From: an uncultured virus (IMG/VR IMGVR_UViG_3300027963_000042)
Taxonomy: Duplodnaviria; Heunggongvirae; Uroviricota; Caudoviricetes
Direction: 5' to 3' (one strand)
IMG/VR virus record: IMGVR_UViG_3300027963_000042
Coordinates: 117,773 to 137,772 of that record
DNA: 20,000 bases
The notes below the pieces were generated by a model. It was not told the origin of the DNA and made no database searches. It saw nothing but the letters and a program-made list of their open reading frames with translations. Below, one piece after another: positions 15,394-20,000 of the stretch (position 1 is the stretch's first letter; each line of letters opens with the position of its first letter). A program made the position numbers and the translations under genes.

Positions 15394-17007
15394 CTATAAG
15401 GTTACCTCAGGTGCTTCTTCTTCCGCACCTTCAGCTGGAGCAGCTTCTCCTTCAGCGGCTTCAGCTTTAGGAGCTTCTTTTGCCTCTTTTTTCTTGTAAG
15501 ATTCGTTAGCTGCTAATTGATCTGGTGTTAATCCAAGGAATCTTTGAATAAGATAATCATTATCAAAATATGCTTTTTCCTCTTCCCCTGCTTTAACCTT
15601 AAGTTCTCCTAGGCCTTTGATGAATTCACTTCTTTTAGAAAAATTGGTTAATTGAACCATTTCTTCAAATTCACTTTCCCTATGAAAATCTAATCCAAGA
15701 TTTGTTTTAAAGCTTCTATCCCTAGATAGTTCAGGAAAATCTAAACACATCTGAATGTATAAAGGTTTTACTAATATCTCTTGAAATATCGATCTTAATC
15801 TTCTTAGAAATTTCTCAAATCTTATCTCATCTCTTTCCAATTGATCTATTCCTGTTTGATAGTTAACTGGACCAGAAGCTCTGGATGCAAACCTAGCATA
15901 AGGTATCTTTGAATCCATTTTAAGCTTGTTATAGAAATAAAGAACATTATCCATAACGTTGAAATCAGGTCCGCTTGGATTAAGTGACTCAATTTGAGGT
16001 GATTGTCCATTCTGTTCCGGGAATAGATAGTTTTTATAAAACTGAACCTTAGGTCTTCCGTTAACCGTTAATTCTCCCGATGCGTCATTAATTGAGATAT
16101 CTTCCTTATAGTTTGACATTAGCTGTCCTAAAGTTTGCATCGCTTTTTGAGGTGATTGGCTTCCGGTAGGTATAATAAATTTAAGTCTATAAGAAGCATT
16201 CATAACATTCCAGATTATTCTGGAATTTTCCATGATTCTAAGGATGTTATACGATCTAACTAATCTCTCAATATAGCTAACCCTAGATACACTGTTTCCT
16301 TTAGCATAAGAGATATAGACAATCTGCTCGTTTGTAAGCTTCCTGGTCATTTGTGGATTCTTAGGATACTGAATCCAAAATTGCTGATATTCATTCTCTC
16401 CGATTTTTTCAACCGCTGGCTGAAGTGAAGAAGCATCCAATTCTTTGAATCCTATTATCTCCTTACCCTTATTATCATAGATAATCTCGAAAGCAAGAAA
16501 TCCATCTATTAGGAATTGTTTAAAATACTGCCATCCTAGTATAGAATTCTGAAATCCAAAAACGTTATAAATCCTGTTATAGTGATCGGCTATTTTATCC
16601 TTTACCTTTTCCTTAATATCTAGATTAACGAAAGAAGGATTAGCAAAATAATTTCTATCGTCGTATGTGATAGATTCGTCTGTAATAGTATCAAGTATAA
16701 ATTCAATTTCTCCATTTAGTGAAAATTTTCTTAAAAAGTTTCTTTTTTCTATATAATCCTTATCGAAATAAGCAATATATTTTCTTACCTTGGTATCCTG
16801 ATAGGAAGCTGTCCAATAGAAAGCATCATCCTGGGTAAATCCAGTCCCCTGCTGAGAGAAAGCTCCTTCTGTTTTACCTATGGCCTGAGAGTTTCTAACG
16901 ACCATATCATCATACTGCATACCAAACTTGGAAACCTTTCCTAGGTTCCTTATTATGTTGCCTAGAGCTGACTCGTTAGGTCTTAAAAAATCTAAAAATC
17001 CTGCCAT
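15394..17007 (-). CDS. gp20: Portal vertex protein, T4 gp20-like, paralog B (537 aa)
   Basis: gp20-like motifs EIEFILDTITDESI, QFLIDG.L.FEII, SYIER..RSYN.LR.MENS.II, NY.FP, YF.NKL..SKIP..RF, RDEIRFEKF..RLR..F. Confidence 0.88.
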   Translation of the reverse strand: MAGFLDFLRPNESALGNIIRNLGKVSKFGMQYDDMVVRNSQAIGKTEGAFSQQGTGFTQDDAFYWTASYQDTKVRKYIAYFDKDYIEKRNFLRKFSLNGEIEFILDTITDESITYDDRNYFANPSFVNLDIKEKVKDKIADHYNRIYNVFGFQNSILGWQYFKQFLIDGFLAFEIIYDNKGKEIIGFKELDASSLQPAVEKIGENEYQQFWIQYPKNPQMTRKLTNEQIVYISYAKGNSVSRVSYIERLVRSYNILRIMENSRIIWNVMNASYRLKFIIPTGSQSPQKAMQTLGQLMSNYKEDISINDASGELTVNGRPKVQFYKNYLFPEQNGQSPQIESLNPSGPDFNVMDNVLYFYNKLKMDSKIPYARFASRASGPVNYQTGIDQLERDEIRFEKFLRRLRSIFQEILVKPLYIQMCLDFPELSRDRSFKTNLGLDFHRESEFEEMVQLTNFSKRSEFIKGLGELKVKAGEEEKAYFDNDYLIQRFLGLTPDQLAANESYKKKEAKEAPKAEAAEGEAAPAEGAEEEAPEVTL

Positions 17008-17016
17008 TTCTTATTT

Positions 17017-18627
17017 TTATAATGTTACTTGGGTTGATTTTTCTTCTCCCTCTTCACCCTTCTCTCCGCCTTCTTTATCCTCTGACTTTTTCTTTTCCTT
17101 CGCTTTTCTATCCATGACCTCTCTATTTGCAATGATATCTTGTCTAGACATACCAAGGAATGTTTCGATAAGAAATGCAGTAGAGAAATAAGGCTTTTCC
17201 TCATCACCAACTAATCCGGACATAGCAGTAACAGATTCTTTTCTTTTGTTGATCACGTCCATTTCCTGATTAATCTTAAATGGATTATCAGAAAAGTAGT
17301 CAAGTCCCATTTGACTTTTAAACATGAAATCTTTTTCTAAATGTGTATATTTCTTAGCCATCTGAATCCAGAGTGGTTTGACTAATATCTCTTGGAATAC
17401 AGATCTTAATCTTTCGATAAATTTGGCAAACCTTATCTCCTCCTTGTCCAATCCTTCTGCACCGTTAGAGTAGGGAGAAGTATTACCCCCGTCGGGTGTA
17501 TGAAATCTAGAGGGCGGAACTTTCGATTCCTGGACAAACTTATCAAAGAAATATGATAAAGGTGCGGGATCATTAAGATTTGGTCCTTCTGTATTAACTG
17601 GCTCGATAGTAGGTGTACCGTTAACCCCAGAAGGCATCAGATAGTTCTTATAGAACTGTATCTTAGGTTTACCGTCTACCAGTAATTCTCCGCTATCATC
17701 ATTTAGCTGAATGTCTTCCTTATAAATACTCATAAGTTCTCCTAAAGTCTGCATACCTTTTTGAGGAGATTTAGTACCAATAGGAACTGTCATCTTTAGT
17801 CTGAATGAAGAATTCATTACTGACCATATAATTCTGGTATATTCTATAATCCTTAGAATATTATAGGGCCTAATTAATCTCTCAATGTAACTTACTCTAG
17901 ATATAGAGTTTCCCTTAGCGTATGAAATGTAAATTATTTGTGGATCGTAAAGTACTCTTCTCCTTTTTGGGTCCTGAGGAAATTGTGTCCAGGTATTAAT
18001 AAAGGTACCGTCTATTTGTTTCTCAACCGATGGTACAATAGTAACAGAATCTAATTCTTTGAATCCTACGATATACTTACCGTCATCATCATATATGATC
18101 TCAAAGCATAAAAATCCATCAACTAAAAACTGTCTGAAGTATTGCCATCCTGTTATATCATCACTGAATCCCCATATATCATAAAGCTTCTTGTAATTCT
18201 CATATAACTCATCTTTAAGTTTCTCATTGATATTAGTTATATCAATAAAATCAGGGTATGCAAAAAAGTTAGCCGGATCATAAGATATAGCCTCATCGCA
18301 TATAGTATCTAGTACCCATTCTATTTCGGGATTAAGCGAGAATTTTCTTAAATAATCTCTTTTACCCTTATAATCTTTATCGAAATATGAAATGAATTGT
18401 CTTGTAGTAATATCCTGCTTCGCTAATGTCCAAAGCATGCTTTCATCTTCTACATTAGCCTTATTCTTGTTTAAGAATGCAGCTTCAGTTACACCAACTG
18501 CTTGTGAATTTCTGATGACCATGTCATCATATTTCATACCAAAAGTGCTTAGCTTTCTCACCGATTCCCTAATCCTCTGTATAACAGGAGATTGGGATGG
18601 ATCATTATTATCTACAAAACCGGCCAT
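17017..18627 (-). CDS. gp20: Portal vertex protein, T4 gp20-like, paralog A (536 aa)
   Basis: Same motif set (PEIEWVLDTICDEAI, QFLVDG, SYIERLIRPYNILRIIE, SKVPPSRF, EEIRFAKFIERLRSVF); colinear with paralog B over its full length. Confidence 0.88.
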   Translation of the reverse strand: MAGFVDNNDPSQSPVIQRIRESVRKLSTFGMKYDDMVIRNSQAVGVTEAAFLNKNKANVEDESMLWTLAKQDITTRQFISYFDKDYKGKRDYLRKFSLNPEIEWVLDTICDEAISYDPANFFAYPDFIDITNINEKLKDELYENYKKLYDIWGFSDDITGWQYFRQFLVDGFLCFEIIYDDDGKYIVGFKELDSVTIVPSVEKQIDGTFINTWTQFPQDPKRRRVLYDPQIIYISYAKGNSISRVSYIERLIRPYNILRIIEYTRIIWSVMNSSFRLKMTVPIGTKSPQKGMQTLGELMSIYKEDIQLNDDSGELLVDGKPKIQFYKNYLMPSGVNGTPTIEPVNTEGPNLNDPAPLSYFFDKFVQESKVPPSRFHTPDGGNTSPYSNGAEGLDKEEIRFAKFIERLRSVFQEILVKPLWIQMAKKYTHLEKDFMFKSQMGLDYFSDNPFKINQEMDVINKRKESVTAMSGLVGDEEKPYFSTAFLIETFLGMSRQDIIANREVMDRKAKEKKKSEDKEGGEKGEEGEEKSTQVTL

Positions 18628-18660
18628 TTAGTATATTTTTAGTTATTCTAGTTACGAAAC

Positions 18661-19266
18661 TCAAATTAATTTCGATTGGTATTCCTTATATATCCCTGCT
18701 ATATCTAAGCCCTCTACTTGAGATTTTCTAAGATATGGTATTTTATACCAGTCATCTAGATCTAAAATGCTGATTTCCCTTATGAATGTTGTCTTAAATC
18801 CGAAGACTGAATACTCATATCCCGTACCCAAAAGAATTTTTTTAAGATTTATATTTGTTAAAGGCAGTGGGGTTATTGCTCCACCTTTTGTGTAATGATT
18901 TTGGTTTTTCTCTATGATGCTAGTAAAGTTATCATAGATCTTACCTAATATTTTCACTCTATATTCGGGAGGAGTTACTATTAAATCTATACCGGAGAGT
19001 ATAATCCCATTTTCTTTTGTCTGGTAAGAATCAGTACATAGCACTATGGGATTTCTGTCTATAAACTTTCTTTTCTCTGTGACCTCGCTGTCTGTAGGAT
19101 AGGGAAAGGAGTATATCTCGCCAGGGATAAACGGGGGTGAGAATTTCTTCTCCGATTTCCCGCCTTGGAAATACTTTTCTGTAAATATATCATCGGTATT
19201 CCTTACAAGATCTGCAATACTGGGAAATTCTTTTTTATATTCTAATACTAATTCTGAATAGGTCAT
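18661..19266 (-). CDS. DNA end protector protein, T4 gp2-like (201 aa)
   Basis: PFIPGEIYSFPY...FIDRNPIVL...GIDL...P..R..IL resembles the gp2 pattern PG..Y.F.Y...D..P.....G.NL; ATGA-coupled to the gp4-like gene. Confidence 0.55.
   Translation of the reverse strand: MTYSELVLEYKKEFPSIADLVRNTDDIFTEKYFQGGKSEKKFSPPFIPGEIYSFPYPTDSEVTEKRKFIDRNPIVLCTDSYQTKENGIILSGIDLIVTPPEYRVKILGKIYDNFTSIIEKNQNHYTKGGAITPLPLTNINLKKILLGTGYEYSVFGFKTTFIREISILDLDDWYKIPYLRKSQVEGLDIAGIYKEYQSKLI
18687..18694 (-). promoter_or_regulatory. Putative late promoter box GATATATA for the portal pair
   Basis: In the 3' end of the gp2-like gene, 59 nt upstream of the portal A ATG (18627). Confidence 0.55.
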
Positions 19267-19748
19267 CTACTTTTAAATAGAAATTTTTCATCGACCACAC
19301 CGAATCTAAACCCTCTTTTTTCTGCCCATTCCTTTGCTGCTTTGAATTTTGCCTGATTTGTTATCCATACCTGCATACTGTGATTATATGACTTTAACTT
19401 AGCAAGAGTCATAGCTCCTTCGTAGATGGGCTTTTGTGTTTGTCTTTCGGGTTTTATTTCGATAATCCACTCTTGCTCTTCTTCAGATTCTTTGAGTACC
19501 TTTATATAGAAATCCACATTATAATCATGTTCTTTCTTATCCAGTGGATTGAAATACTTAATTGCTATAGGTTCGGAACTCCATTTTAATATAGAATCAT
19601 TGGTATCGCAATAAACACAAAAACGATATTCCCAGGAAGACCTGTATATTATATTATGGAGGTCACCAATATACTTTTCTGGCTTAGATGGCTCAAATTT
19701 TCCAGATTTATAATCACCATTAGGCTTTACCTTCTTTATATCGGTCAT
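19263..19748 (-). CDS. gp4: Head completion nuclease, T4 gp4-like (TnsA-type PD-(D/E)xK fold), 161 aa
   Basis: GKF.P.KPEKYIGD, IIYRSSWE, WSSE, H.Y.VDF, IEIKP..QT, N.AKF.AA..W. Confidence 0.88.
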   Translation of the reverse strand: MTDIKKVKPNGDYKSGKFEPSKPEKYIGDLHNIIYRSSWEYRFCVYCDTNDSILKWSSEPIAIKYFNPLDKKEHDYNVDFYIKVLKESEEEQEWIIEIKPERQTQKPIYEGAMTLAKLKSYNHSMQVWITNQAKFKAAKEWAEKRGFRFGVVDEKFLFKSR

Positions 19749-19759
19749 TCGGATTAGGA

Positions 19760-20000
19760 TTAAACGTTATAAGTGTTATCGTCACCAGTTATATAACTGA
19801 ATGGTATCATCTTAGGACTTTTCGGAGGATGCAGTTTCTTCCATCCTTTTGCAAATCCATTCTTAGCTATTTGGGTAAAATAAGCAAATGGATTGTTAGA
19901 TTTTTCCGGATTGAATCTGTCCCAATATTTACAAAGATCCTCCATAGCAAATGCCATGCAATCCTCTTTGTCTTCCGGATCCTTATAAGCCATTTTTTTA
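19760..20000 (-). CDS. gp55: Late transcription sigma factor, T4 gp55-like; 5' end outside the window
   Basis: EDLCKYWDRFNPEKSNNPFAYFTQIAKNGF matches the gp55 F.P..S.NPFAY.TQI..N.F motif. The frame is open from ATG 19993 to the window edge, so the true start is probably upstream. Confidence 0.75.
   Translation of the reverse strand, partial: KKMAYKDPEDKEDCMAFAMEDLCKYWDRFNPEKSNNPFAYFTQIAKNGFAKGWKKLHPPKSPKMIPFSYITGDDNTYNV

Noticed and set aside
15394..18627. Portal duplication as a simple assembly repeat artefact or a split gene
   Set aside because: The two copies are strongly diverged at DNA and protein level and each is full length, which is inconsistent with a collapsed or duplicated read artefact or an intron-split gene.
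151..18631. All plus-strand ORFs in the track (e.g. 151-462, 4410-4817, 6117-6419, 11071-11538, 14307-14675) and the short alternate-frame minus ORFs (6886-7074, 9001-9222, 17025-17210)
   Set aside because: They overlap well-supported minus-strand genes, show the S/F/L/I-rich composition typical of antisense shadows, and have no recognisable motifs.
19263..19748. TnsA-like nuclease as evidence of a Tn7 transposon or homing endonuclease
   Set aside because: Motifs and context (between gp55 and gp2, upstream of the portals) match the T4 gp4 head completion protein; no other transposition genes or ends are present.
1..20000. Stop-codon reassignment (as in Lak or some crAss-like phages)
   Set aside because: Conserved genes are full length under code 11, and TAA, TAG (10181, 10752, 15394) and TGA (12848, 18661, 19263) all end genes at sensible positions.

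Overview
The window is a 20 kb AT-rich segment of a large T4-like (Tevenvirinae-distant, jumbo-type) tailed dsDNA phage genome; every credible gene is on the minus strand and the standard genetic code is used. In transcription order (right to left): gp55-like late sigma factor (partial), gp4-like head completion nuclease, gp2-like DNA end protector, TWO tandem full-length gp20-like portal paralogs, a replication/repair block (ATP-dependent ligase, gp44 clamp loader, guanylate kinase, RNase H/5'-3' exonuclease, gp62-like subunit, UVR-motif protein, an apparently inactivated UvsE, a DEDDy exonuclease), a Pol-beta-type nucleotidyltransferase, an 872 aa unknown, a gp21 protease-scaffold fusion with a 14-aa repeat array, a gp23-like major capsid protein, and a truncated coiled-coil ORF missed by the ORF track. 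TAnnTTTG promoter boxes and A-rich, SD-less leaders point to a Bacteroidota host. A GATAWATA late-promoter-like box marks the structural genes; one copy lies inside the protease gene just upstream of an in-frame ATG, suggesting a nested scaffold gene. The most notable observations are the duplicated portal, the nested scaffold, the pseudo-enzyme UvsE and a shared putative head-targeting propeptide. All protein calls are from motif recognition by eye; no database searches were run.
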